DNA from: an uncultured Gemmatimonadales bacterium
GTDB lineage: Bacteria; Gemmatimonadota; Gemmatimonadetes; Gemmatimonadales; GWC2-71-9
Assembly: GCA_963742755.1 (NCBI GenBank)
Contig: CAVUMU010000002.1
Coordinates: 21,430 to 85,429, forward strand
Reading direction: 5' to 3'
DNA length: 64,000 nucleotides
In this document: one piece after another, positions 27,884 to 37,103 of the stretch
Position numbering within the stretch: the first letter of the stretch is position 1
Layout: each line of letters starts with the position of its first letter
The notes under the pieces: model-generated
What the model was told of the DNA's origin: nothing
The model's database searches: none
The model's input: the letters and a program-made list of their open reading frames with translations, nothing else
Made by a program: the position numbers and the translations under genes

Positions 27884-28819
27884 ATGGCACGTCAGCAAAC
27901 AGGTCTGCTTGGCATCCTCAAGCAGACCTTCAGCGATTTCATGAAGGACGACTGCTTGACCTCGGCGGCCGCGCTTTCTTACTACACGGTATTCTCCCTC
28001 CCGGCCGTCCTGATGCTGATGATGCTCCTGGTCAGCACCGTCATGGATCCCACCGATGTCCGAGGCGGGCTCGAGTCGCAGCTGGAGTCTCTCATGGGGC
28101 CGAGCGCGGGCAGCGAGGTCCGGACGATTCTTCAGGAGACGGAGCGGCCCGGGGGCGGTCTCATCCCCACCATCGTCGGGGTAGTCGCACTCGTTTTTGG
28201 TGCGACCGGAGCATTGGGCCAGCTTCAGGCCGCGCTCAACCGTGCCTGGAACGTGAAGCCGGACCCCACACAGGGAGGGATCAAGAGCTTCCTGACCAAG
28301 CGGCTCTTCTCCCTCGGGATGCTGCTCTCGATCGCGTTTCTGCTGCTGGTGTCGCTGGTGGTCAGCGCCGCATTGGGAGGCCTGGGGGACCGGCTGTCAG
28401 GCTTCCTCCCATCCGGCTTCTCGGCCCCGGTGCTGGAAGCCCTGAACTTCGCGGTTTCTCTGCTCGTGAGCGGGTTTCTTTTCGCTGCCATGTTCAAGGT
28501 CCTGCCGGATGCCAAGGTCGCCTGGCGTAGCGCCTGGATCGGCGGCTTTGCGACCGCGTTGCTCTTCGTGATCGGCAAGTTTCTGATCGGACTCTACCTG
28601 GGCACGAGCAATCCGGGCGAGGCGTACGGTGCGGCGGGCTCGCTGATCCTGCTGCTGCTGTGGATCTATTACTCGGGCCTCATCGTGCTCTTCGGTGCCG
28701 AGTTTACCGAGACATGGGCGGAGGGGCGGGGGGAGGGGGTTCAGCCGGAGCCGGGTGCGGTGCGCGTGCGGCGGGAGAAGGAACTGCCAGGACGGGAAGG
28801 ACGGGAAGGACTGGCATAG
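27884..28819 (+). CDS. YihY/BrkB family membrane protein
   Basis: 'AAALSYYTVFSLPAVL' and 'LLLWIYYSGLIVLFGAEFT'. Confidence 0.9.
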   Translation: MARQQTGLLGILKQTFSDFMKDDCLTSAAALSYYTVFSLPAVLMLMMLLVSTVMDPTDVRGGLESQLESLMGPSAGSEVRTILQETERPGGGLIPTIVGVVALVFGATGALGQLQAALNRAWNVKPDPTQGGIKSFLTKRLFSLGMLLSIAFLLLVSLVVSAALGGLGDRLSGFLPSGFSAPVLEALNFAVSLLVSGFLFAAMFKVLPDAKVAWRSAWIGGFATALLFVIGKFLIGLYLGTSNPGEAYGAAGSLILLLLWIYYSGLIVLFGAEFTETWAEGRGEGVQPEPGAVRVRREKELPGREGREGLA

Positions 28820-28885
28820 TGAGAGCCCTCCGGCATGACCGAAGGGCCCACACTTTCTAGTCTCTCCTAGTTTCCCGACCTTAGA

Positions 28886-29950
28886 TCAGGGCGCCACGAG
28901 TGGTTCAGTCAACACGAACGTCACGGGCGTCTTTGCCTTGACTACCACGTCTCGCGACGCCGTTTGTGAGGCCACTACTGCGCCTCCTGCGGCGCCGACT
29001 ACGCCTCCGATCACTGCACCCTTGCTGTTCCCACCGAGCACACGGCCCAGTACCGCGCCGCCGGCGGCGCCGACTCCAACCTTGGCCGCCTCGCCGGTCC
29101 CGACTCCCCGGCCACGAAGCTCATGGGGAACCGGCTGAACATCAGCAGCCACCGGCTGAGACTGTCCCCCGATACCGATGCTCTCCACTTTGAGCGCCAA
29201 TCGGCCTTGCGCGCTCTTGGACTTCGCCGCGCTGAGCCTGGTGACCGTGAACCGGACCGGAGCACCGGCCGGGATCAGGGTCTTACCGTCCGAAGCGGTC
29301 ACGTTCTCCATGACCACGGCCGTGACGATGCGGCCAGCTGAATCGGTGCGGGAATTGATCGAATCGTCCAGGGCGGCATGAATCTCGGTCCCGATCGGTA
29401 GAGTCCGGGCGCGCCCGGCGGTGCTGGCCGCGACGGGCGTAGGCGAGAGCGAGGACGTATCGGGCGCAACTGAACGGCTCCTGTCCGCGGCCGAGGTGGT
29501 ATCCGGGGTCCTGGTGGCTACGGTGTCCGGTGCCGTTGCTGGCTTCGGGGCTGGAGTGGCCGCGCTGTCTCGAAGTGGACTCCGAGCGGTGTCGGCGACA
29601 GTGGCTCGTCCGGTGTCCGGCTCCGGCGTCTCCACGAGCGGAGACTCCACTGAGTCGGACGGCTGGCCCGGCGCGTACCCGCGGGTCGTCGAGTCCTCGG
29701 CCGGGACGCTGGCCGCGGGCGGAGTCGCCTTTGGAGTCGCCCGTTTGGCTTTGCGGGGTTTTGGCATTGGGGCGGGCTCGGGAGTCGGGGTGGCATGGTG
29801 TTCGACCGGAGCGAGTGGCTGCGTGGTGTCTACGCGAGCGACCTCGAGAGGCCGGGTGAGATTGTCATCCACCGGAGTGCGCCGGTCGCGGGAATCAGAA
29901 CAGCCGGAAATGAGAACCGCGCCGGCAAGCGCTAGAGCGAGCCTATTCAT
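28886..29950 (-). CDS. Lipoprotein with a P/T/A-rich linker and a C-terminal glycine-zipper segment
   Basis: Lipobox 'VLISGCS', a low-complexity middle region, and 'GAAGGAVLGRVLGGNSKGAVIGGVVGAAGGAVV'. Confidence 0.6.
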   Translation of the reverse strand: MNRLALALAGAVLISGCSDSRDRRTPVDDNLTRPLEVARVDTTQPLAPVEHHATPTPEPAPMPKPRKAKRATPKATPPAASVPAEDSTTRGYAPGQPSDSVESPLVETPEPDTGRATVADTARSPLRDSAATPAPKPATAPDTVATRTPDTTSAADRSRSVAPDTSSLSPTPVAASTAGRARTLPIGTEIHAALDDSINSRTDSAGRIVTAVVMENVTASDGKTLIPAGAPVRFTVTRLSAAKSKSAQGRLALKVESIGIGGQSQPVAADVQPVPHELRGRGVGTGEAAKVGVGAAGGAVLGRVLGGNSKGAVIGGVVGAAGGAVVASQTASRDVVVKAKTPVTFVLTEPLVAP

Positions 29951-30417
29951 GCTGCCTCCACGAGCCTTGAGGGTTTCTGCTACCCCAAGTCATTACCCTG
30001 ATTGCGCTTCAATTGCTGTGGGTTGGGTCACGTCTAAGCGGGGCCGTGGCAGCGGGACGATCTCTCCCCGACTCGACGGCAATGTGGACCACCGATGCAG
30101 GCACGCAGTGCGTCGCCGCCCCGCTGCCCCGCTTACCCTACTGTGGATGCGTCCCCAAGCCCAGCGGCACTCCGGGAGCGTGACGCCAACGAAGGCCCCG
30201 GGCCACTCCCACGGCCAGCACCACTCCAGGCGATACCCTAGAAGTAGAACAGTGCCAAGACCCACACCCCGGCACAGCCCTTGCGCCCCGGCTTTGCCGG
30301 ATCGTCCTAACTCCGCGTTATCCAAACACCTCCGGCAACAGTTCCGGCCAGCCGCGCCGCACCGTTAGCGGAGTCCGCCAGACCTGCCGGGATTTACCAT
30401 GGTTCTCGAACGGGGGA

Positions 30418-31893
30418 TTGCCGTTGAGCGACTGCGCCAAGTGCCATACCCCGATCCCCGTTGGTGGCAACTGTTCTCAGTGCGGTACCCTCTCGGTCGA
30501 AAATGGGCCCGACCTCGATGAGCTCAAGGAGCGTCTCGCACGCACCCTCGAGGGTCGCTACCAGATCACCCGGCTATTAGGTCGCGGCGGCATGGCGGTG
30601 GTCTTCCTGGCGGAGGACCTCGTGTTGGAGCGGCAGGTGGCGATCAAGGTGCTGCCGCCGGACATGACCCGAGACGCGCAGCTGGTGGCCCGCTTTCAGC
30701 AGGAAGCCAAGACCGCCGCCAAGCTCGACCATCCCAACATCATTCCGATTTATCGGGTCGAGAGTGAGGCGGGCCTGGTCTATATCGTCATGAAGTACGT
30801 GTCGGGCCAGTCGCTGGAAGACCTGCTGGCGAAGGGTCCGCTGGCCATTTCCCGGGCTCGCCACGTGTTGCGTGAAGCCGCCCTCGCCCTGGGCCACGCC
30901 CACCGCCGCCGCATCGTTCATAGAGATGTGAAACCGGCCAACATCATGCTGGACGAGGATGGTCGGGTGATCCTCACCGACTTCGGCATTGCCAAGGCGG
31001 TTCAGGACACGGGCCAGCTCACTGGCACCGGCACGATCATCGGGACTCCGCACTACATGGCTCCGGAGCAGGCCCGCGGGCAGGAGGTGGATGGTCGCGC
31101 GGACCAGTATGCGCTGGCTATCGTCGGTCACCGGGTGCTCACTGGAAAGGTGCCGTTTGACGGCCCGGCCCACAGCATCCTCTACCAGCAGGTCTTCGAG
31201 CCGGTCCCCACCGTGCTCAACGCGCGTCCCGACACGCCGGCGGATCTACGTCTGGCCCTGGAGCGGGCCCTCGCCAAGGATTCCAAAGCCCGATTCAAGA
31301 CCATGGAGGACTTTGCCTCCGCCGTGAGCGGAGAGCGTTCGGGCCCTACCACGGTCGTGAGCGAGCCGGTACGCCAGCCGCGGGCAAGTGCACCGGTGAA
31401 GCCGGATCAGCCGGTTGGGGACCACGGAGCGGGCGTCTGGGTCGCTTTGGCAACCGTTGTCGTGCTTGCCCTTACCGCTGCCTGGTTCGTGGTCCCCGGG
31501 TTTCAGGCATTGGTGGAGCGGAGTGAATCGAGCCGCTCCGTCCCTGTACGCGCCGCCGGTTCACCGGCCTCGAGACCGCGGGCAGCCATCCCGCCGGTGC
31601 GGAGGACTCCGGTTGGCCCAGTGTCGCCATCGACGGAGAAGAAGCGCTCGTCCTCAAAGCTGAGGGCGGTGCAGGATGCCTTGCTCAAGGTGGACTCGGA
31701 CCCGCCAGCAGTGTTGTACGTGGACGGTGTCCGGGTCGGTCTCACTCCGGTCTCCAAGCATCGGCTCCCGATTGGCACCCACCGCCTGCGGGTCGAGCTG
31801 AAGGGGTATCAGACCGTCAGCGAGACCATTGTGGTCAGGGGCGCCCGCCCCGTCACCCGCCGCTACGATCTCCGGCGGCGACAAGGCCGCTAG
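30418..31893 (+). CDS. Ser/Thr protein kinase with an N-terminal zinc ribbon, a TM and a C-terminal PEGA domain
   Basis: 'CAKCHTPIPVGGNCSQCG', 'HRDVKPANIML', 'DFGIAK' and 'GTPHYMAPEQ'. The PEGA domain is 'LYVDGVRVGLTP...HRLRVELKGYQ'. TTG start. Confidence 0.9.
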   Translation: MPLSDCAKCHTPIPVGGNCSQCGTLSVENGPDLDELKERLARTLEGRYQITRLLGRGGMAVVFLAEDLVLERQVAIKVLPPDMTRDAQLVARFQQEAKTAAKLDHPNIIPIYRVESEAGLVYIVMKYVSGQSLEDLLAKGPLAISRARHVLREAALALGHAHRRRIVHRDVKPANIMLDEDGRVILTDFGIAKAVQDTGQLTGTGTIIGTPHYMAPEQARGQEVDGRADQYALAIVGHRVLTGKVPFDGPAHSILYQQVFEPVPTVLNARPDTPADLRLALERALAKDSKARFKTMEDFASAVSGERSGPTTVVSEPVRQPRASAPVKPDQPVGDHGAGVWVALATVVVLALTAAWFVVPGFQALVERSESSRSVPVRAAGSPASRPRAAIPPVRRTPVGPVSPSTEKKRSSSKLRAVQDALLKVDSDPPAVLYVDGVRVGLTPVSKHRLPIGTHRLRVELKGYQTVSETIVVRGARPVTRRYDLRRRQGR

Positions 31894-32098
31894 CCGGCAC
31901 TGTACCGGGGCACAGGGCTTGCTCGTTCACACTCCGTATTTGGTCTAAACCCGCTCCAATTAACGACCTTGGGTAAAACCTGTCGCCCCTTTGGCTGCTT
32001 CGCACGCGGAGTCCGCCCGAAGATGCCGGGATTTACCAGATCAAGCCCTGCTCGAGAGGCGCCTGAATCACGTGCTACCTGCCGAGAATGGCCCAGTG

Positions 32099-33547
32099 AT
32101 GAGTGAGTGCGCCAAGTGCCACACACCCCTGCCGGTGGACGGGCGCTTTTGCTCCCATTGCGGTGCCCCATCGGGGGAGTTCGATCACCTCTGCCCGCCT
32201 GATCCTGTCGACGAGCTGAGACAGCGTCTCGCACGCACTCTCGCCGGACGCTATGAGATCACCCGCCTGCTGGGGCGCGGCGGCATGGCGGTCGTGTTTC
32301 TGGCGGAAGACCTCTCGCTGGAGCGCCAGGTGGCAATCAAGGTGCTGCCGCCGGAGCTGTCGCACGACCCCAAGCTGGTGCCTCGCTTCCAGCAGGAAGC
32401 CAAGACCGCCGCCAAGCTCGATCATCCCAACATCATTCCGATCTACCGGGTCGAGAGCGAAGCCGGGCTCGACTACTTCGTCATGAAGTACGTTACCGGA
32501 CGATCGCTGGAGCAGATTCTGGAGGAAGGCCCGCTCCCGATCGATCTCGCTCGCCGGGTACTGCGCGAGGCAGCGCTGGCGCTGGCTCACGCCCATCAGC
32601 GCCGCATCGTGCACCGTGACGTGAAGCCGGCCAACATCATGCTGGAGTCCGACGGTCGGGTGATCCTCACCGACTTCGGCATCTCGAAGGCGCTGCAGAG
32701 TGCCTCGCAGCTCACCGGGACCGGGACCATTATCGGCACCCCGCACTACATGTCGCCCGAGCAGGCCAAGGGACTCGAGGTCGATGGGCGGGCCGACCAG
32801 TATTCGCTCGCGATCGTGGGGCATCAGATCCTCACCGGCAAACAGCCCTTCGACGGATCGGCCCACAGCATCCTTTATAAGCACGTCTTCGAACCGCCCC
32901 CGCCGATGTTCGCGGAGCGGTCCGATGTGCCGCGCGACCTCAGCCTGGCCCTGGCGCGCGCGCTCGCCAAGGATCCGGGGGAGCGCTTTGCTAGTATGGA
33001 AGAGTTCGCCATGGCGCTGGGTGGAGATCGTCGGTCGGATCCTCGCACTGTCGTAACCGGAGCGATCAAGCCGGTGACGGGCAGCAGCGAGCCGGCCGCG
33101 AGCCCCAGGCGCGCCGCCACTGTGCGGAATAGTCTCATCGCCCTGAGCATCTCTGGGGTGGTGGGAGTGGCGGCGTGGGCCGGCCTGCGCATACCGGATG
33201 AACCGTCTGAGCCGGCGCCGTCGGTCACCGTTGCCTCGCCATCCGACCCGCTCGTACCGCCGTCACCGCCGGCCGACAGTGAGGCTGCGGCGACAATCGT
33301 GGAAAAGCCGAAGCCGGCCAGCGTGGCAAACGTTTCTCTGACGGTGGCTTCGGAGCCTTGGGGTATCCTCTACCTGGACGACGTGGAGCTCGGACCGACG
33401 CCGGTGGTGGACCACCCCCTGCGACCGGGGCGGCACCGGCTCCGGATCGAGCAGGAGGGCTATCGCACCAAGGTCGAGACCATCCTGGTAACCGGTGAGG
33501 TCCCGATCCGTCGGGCATACAGCTTGGAGCCAGCGGGCCCGCAATGA
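32099..33547 (+). CDS. Ser/Thr protein kinase, paralog of the preceding gene (Zn ribbon, kinase, TM, PEGA)
   Basis: 'CAKCHTPLPVDGRFCSHCG', 'HRDVKPANIML', 'DFGISK' and 'GTPHYMSPEQ'. The PEGA domain is 'LYLDDVELGPTP...HRLRIEQEGYR'. The ATG at 32099 is preferred over the upstream TTG at 31991. Confidence 0.9.
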   Translation: MSECAKCHTPLPVDGRFCSHCGAPSGEFDHLCPPDPVDELRQRLARTLAGRYEITRLLGRGGMAVVFLAEDLSLERQVAIKVLPPELSHDPKLVPRFQQEAKTAAKLDHPNIIPIYRVESEAGLDYFVMKYVTGRSLEQILEEGPLPIDLARRVLREAALALAHAHQRRIVHRDVKPANIMLESDGRVILTDFGISKALQSASQLTGTGTIIGTPHYMSPEQAKGLEVDGRADQYSLAIVGHQILTGKQPFDGSAHSILYKHVFEPPPPMFAERSDVPRDLSLALARALAKDPGERFASMEEFAMALGGDRRSDPRTVVTGAIKPVTGSSEPAASPRRAATVRNSLIALSISGVVGVAAWAGLRIPDEPSEPAPSVTVASPSDPLVPPSPPADSEAAATIVEKPKPASVANVSLTVASEPWGILYLDDVELGPTPVVDHPLRPGRHRLRIEQEGYRTKVETILVTGEVPIRRAYSLEPAGPQ

Positions 33548-33861
33548 CCGCACCGATCACGGCGATGTGCGACCTGCCCGGACTCCGTGCACCTCGCCAA
33601 GCGGACGGAGCCGGGCATCGGGATGGTCTGGATGGACGCCATCCCGATCACCGGCCAATCTCCCTCGCCCGTAGGGATTTGCGTTCTGCTCCGCTCCCTC
33701 CCGACCTCGGCCATGTAACGAACAGTGCCGAGGCACACGCGTTGCAGTTAGGGCACCGTCCGCCTGATGCCACAATCTTCACCTCGCGTGTGATCCGAGA
33801 TCGTCAGAGCCCTGACCCCTCAGTGCCGCCCGATCCCGCGCGCATTTCCTCGGAGTAACTA

Positions 33862-36510
33862 ATGGTCAGTTTCCTGAAAGGTCGCCGCCGCGAGGACGAC
33901 TCGGTGGTCGCCGTCGATTCGAGCGGGAGAAATGTTGCCGCGGCTCTGGAGGCGTTAGTCGCCCGTGCTGAAGCCGCCGCGAACGACCTGAGGTCGCTCG
34001 CCCCGATCCTGGAGCGAACCGCTGAATTCGATGCCCTTCGGGAACGCTGCGAGGAAGTCGAGCGCCAGGTTGCCGGTCTCGAGCGGCTCGGCACTCAGCT
34101 GTCCTCGGCCGAAGAGCAGGTCGAGCGGGTCATCAAGACCCAGTCGGCCACTGAAGCCCGGCTCGGCCATGCCAGCGAAGGGGTAGACCGGCTTCAGACT
34201 CAGATGTCCGGGCTGAGCGATAAGGTTGAAACCGCGCTTCTGCTGCGCGAGCAGGTTGACTCCTTCCTCAGCCTTCAAGGCCCGCTGAATGCTCTCCGGA
34301 CCGATTCGGAGACGCTCCGGACCCAGCTCTCCGAGCAGGCCGAGAACGTCGCCCGCATGCGGACCCAGCACGATGACGCCCTGACGGCCCATCGGCACAC
34401 GACCTCCAGGCTGGAAAACTTCGATTCGGACTTCCAGGCCGCCACCGGCAAGCTGGAGGACGTGGTGCGCCGGGTGCAGTCGGTCGAGCGGGCGCTCGAG
34501 CCGATCAACCAGGCCTCAATCTCGATTCCTGACGTTCAGCACCAGTTGGCCGTGCTCAAGGCGCTGGCCGATCAGGTAGCCCAGAAGACCACGATGCTGG
34601 AGCAGGAGCGCGAGGCGGTGGATCGTGCCGCCAGCCAGATCGCCCAGCTTACCCGTATGGACCGGGAGCTCGATGCCTGGCTCCGCCGTCAGGAGGAGCA
34701 GATCCGCCGGTTCGGGCCGATCGAGGCCAAGCTCAGCGAAGTGAAGACGATCCAGGACAAGGTTCTCTCCCGGACCGAGGAGCTTCAGACCACGTCGCAG
34801 AAGATCGAAGATGCCCAGCAGTCTGCCCGTCAGGCCCTCACCGATCTGCGCGAGCAGATGCGGAAGAGCAGCGAAGGGTTCGAGCTGGAGCATCGCGGAC
34901 TGCACGCCGTCAGCGAGCGCATCGGCGACCTCCGCAACGCGGTGAAGGAGTGTGAGGCGCGTCTGTCGGTGCTGGATGCCGCCAGCCAGGGCGCCGCGGC
35001 GGTACAGACTCAGGTGCGGAACGTCGGGGAGCAGATCGCCGACCTCTCCAAGGAAGTGACCGCCCTGACCCAGGAAGCAGCCCGTTCAAGCAGCCTGCGG
35101 CAGGACGTCACCCGGCTGGACAACATGGCAACCGAGCTGGCCGCCCGTATGCGGCGCCTGGATGAGATCAGGCCCGGCGTCGAGCAGGCAGTGGAGCAGC
35201 TGGGAGCGCTCAAGGGCACCCGCGAGCTGCTGGCCGATGGCCTGGAGCAGATGCGCTCCGCGGCCGACGAGATGAGCCGCCTGCGCGAGACCCATGGGGA
35301 AACCCAGGCCTGGCTGGCCAATGCCGACGTCTGGACCCGGAAGGTCCAAGCCCAGGTCAAGGAGCTGAGCGGCTTGGAGCCGGTGGTCGAGCGGATCCGC
35401 GTCGAGGTCGAGGTGGTCAAGGGCTCGATGGTGCAGATCCAGTCTCAGCGGGAGATGATGGAAGGCGTCCAGCGAAATCTGTCGGAGATCGGGTCGCTGA
35501 GCGCCGAGCTTCAGGATCGCACCGAGGGACTCAAGAGCCGGATGGAAACCGCCGAATCGCGGTTCGCCCAGTTGAGCCGTCATGCCGAAGGGGCCCAACA
35601 GTTGTCGGACGCCGTGTCGGTGGTCACCTCCACCGTCGAAGAGGCCGAGCGCCGCATGGGCCTGGTAGACGACTCGGTTCGGGCCATGGAAGGCCGTACC
35701 CAGCAGATCAATCAGGTGGAAGAGAAGATCCGCCTCCTGGGCCAGGAGCTCGATCAGCGGCAGGGCGCGCTCGACAAGGCGACCGAGCATCTGACCCGTG
35801 CATCCGCCCTCCGGAAGGAGGCCGCAGAAGCCGCGCAACGGATGGAAGAAGTCACCCGCGTCGTCGGTACCACGCTCGCGCAGGCCGAGGAAAAGGCCAG
35901 CACCCTCCAGCAGGTGTCGGGTGAGCTGGAGAGCCGTGCCGGTGCTCTCAAGTACATCGACCGGCAGCTGACGCACTTCGAGGAGCTGCTGCAGAAGTGG
36001 GAATCGGCTCAGGCCCTGGCCGCGAAGGCCCTGGAGCAGACCCTGGCTCGTCAGGCCGGTGTCGAGGCGATCGAGGCTCAGGTCAAGCACGTGTTCGACC
36101 TGGCCGAGCGGACCGTCGAGGACGTCCAGAGCATTGGGTCGGCCCGGCGTGAGATTGAGGAGACCCGCGCGATCCTGCAGGCCACCCAGGACCAGTTCAA
36201 GACCACCGAGGAGACGCTCAAGGGCTTCGAGGCTCGGAAGCGCCAGCTCGAGCGGGCAGAACAGCGGCTGGCTCGGGCGGAAGCGCTTGCCCTCGGCATC
36301 CGGGCAACCGTGGAGACACTCACCGCGCAGAAGACCGTGGTAGATCACGCGATGGAGTCGGCCGGCGCGCTCGGGTTCCAGATGAAGCAGGCCGAGGCCC
36401 TGATCGGCGCGCTACGCCGGGAACGCGACCTCGCTTGCGACCTCAAGACGGCAGTAGCATCGCTGGCAGCGGAGGACGACGTGGAGAACGAGAACCACCC
36501 GGCCAAGTAA
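33862..36510 (+). CDS. 882-aa all-helical coiled-coil protein (no TM, no NTPase motif seen)
   Basis: Continuous E/Q/R/L/A-rich heptad-like sequence. Strong GC3 bias on this strand. It follows the kinase pair. Confidence 0.7.
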   Translation: MVSFLKGRRREDDSVVAVDSSGRNVAAALEALVARAEAAANDLRSLAPILERTAEFDALRERCEEVERQVAGLERLGTQLSSAEEQVERVIKTQSATEARLGHASEGVDRLQTQMSGLSDKVETALLLREQVDSFLSLQGPLNALRTDSETLRTQLSEQAENVARMRTQHDDALTAHRHTTSRLENFDSDFQAATGKLEDVVRRVQSVERALEPINQASISIPDVQHQLAVLKALADQVAQKTTMLEQEREAVDRAASQIAQLTRMDRELDAWLRRQEEQIRRFGPIEAKLSEVKTIQDKVLSRTEELQTTSQKIEDAQQSARQALTDLREQMRKSSEGFELEHRGLHAVSERIGDLRNAVKECEARLSVLDAASQGAAAVQTQVRNVGEQIADLSKEVTALTQEAARSSSLRQDVTRLDNMATELAARMRRLDEIRPGVEQAVEQLGALKGTRELLADGLEQMRSAADEMSRLRETHGETQAWLANADVWTRKVQAQVKELSGLEPVVERIRVEVEVVKGSMVQIQSQREMMEGVQRNLSEIGSLSAELQDRTEGLKSRMETAESRFAQLSRHAEGAQQLSDAVSVVTSTVEEAERRMGLVDDSVRAMEGRTQQINQVEEKIRLLGQELDQRQGALDKATEHLTRASALRKEAAEAAQRMEEVTRVVGTTLAQAEEKASTLQQVSGELESRAGALKYIDRQLTHFEELLQKWESAQALAAKALEQTLARQAGVEAIEAQVKHVFDLAERTVEDVQSIGSARREIEETRAILQATQDQFKTTEETLKGFEARKRQLERAEQRLARAEALALGIRATVETLTAQKTVVDHAMESAGALGFQMKQAEALIGALRRERDLACDLKTAVASLAAEDDVENENHPAK

Positions 36511-36533
36511 CGCCGGCTGGTCGCGAAACAAGA

Positions 36534-36570
36534 AAGAGGCCCGGGAGAACATCCCGGGCCTCTTCTTTTC
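36534..36570. terminator. Bidirectional Rho-independent terminator
   Basis: aagaggcccggga (36534-36546) pairs with tcccgggcctctt (36552-36564): a 13-bp stem with a 5-nt loop. It is followed by cttttc on + and by ttcttgt on -. It lies between convergent genes. Confidence 0.8.
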
Positions 36571-36587
36571 GTGCTACCTGGTTCGAG

Positions 36588-37103
36588 CTATTCCTCGTCG
36601 GTGCCCGCTCCAGCCATTGCCGCCGACTCGTTGATTCCGCTTTCCCCCAACTGGGTGAGCTTCTTGTCGGCCGCTTCCTCCTCCTGGAGGGTCTGACTCA
36701 AGAGGCCCTCGGCCTCCGAATAGCCCAGGAGACTGGCATAGGTCCGGAGACAACCGTAGGCCGCGATCTCGTAATGCTCGACCCGCTGGGCCGAGGCGAT
36801 CAGAGCGGCGTCAATCACCGCCGGATCGCCGTCCTCCTCCAAGACTTCCTTGCCCTCTTCCAGGAGTCCTTCCATGCCCTTGCATTTCTTCCCCCGGGCG
36901 GCCTGTCCCAGCTCCTTGAAAATGCGCTCGAGGCGCTCGACCTGGCCCTCGGTTTCCTTCAGATGCTTCGTGAACGCCTGCTCCAGCTCGGGGGATTCCG
37001 CTGCCTTGGCCATCTTGGGCAGCGCCCTCAAGATCTGCTTCTCGGCGTTATATACGTCCTTCAGCTCTTCGAGAAAGAGTTTCTCCAATGAATCGAGACT
37101 CAT
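36588..37103 (-). CDS. Ferritin-like DUF892 protein (YciE/YciF family stress protein)
   Basis: 'LFLEELKDVYNAEKQILRALPKMAKAA' and 'AQRVEHYEIAAYG'. ATGA overlap with the upstream gene (37100-37103). Confidence 0.85.
   Translation of the reverse strand: MSLDSLEKLFLEELKDVYNAEKQILRALPKMAKAAESPELEQAFTKHLKETEGQVERLERIFKELGQAARGKKCKGMEGLLEEGKEVLEEDGDPAVIDAALIASAQRVEHYEIAAYGCLRTYASLLGYSEAEGLLSQTLQEEEAADKKLTQLGESGINESAAMAGAGTDEE

Noticed and set aside
35086-36348. 420-aa minus-strand ORF antisense to the coiled-coil gene.
   Set aside because: It is the mirror image of a repetitive GAG/CAG/CTG-rich coding strand, so its L/G/P-rich translation is expected by chance. The plus frame is open for 882 codons and is bounded by a start context and a terminator.
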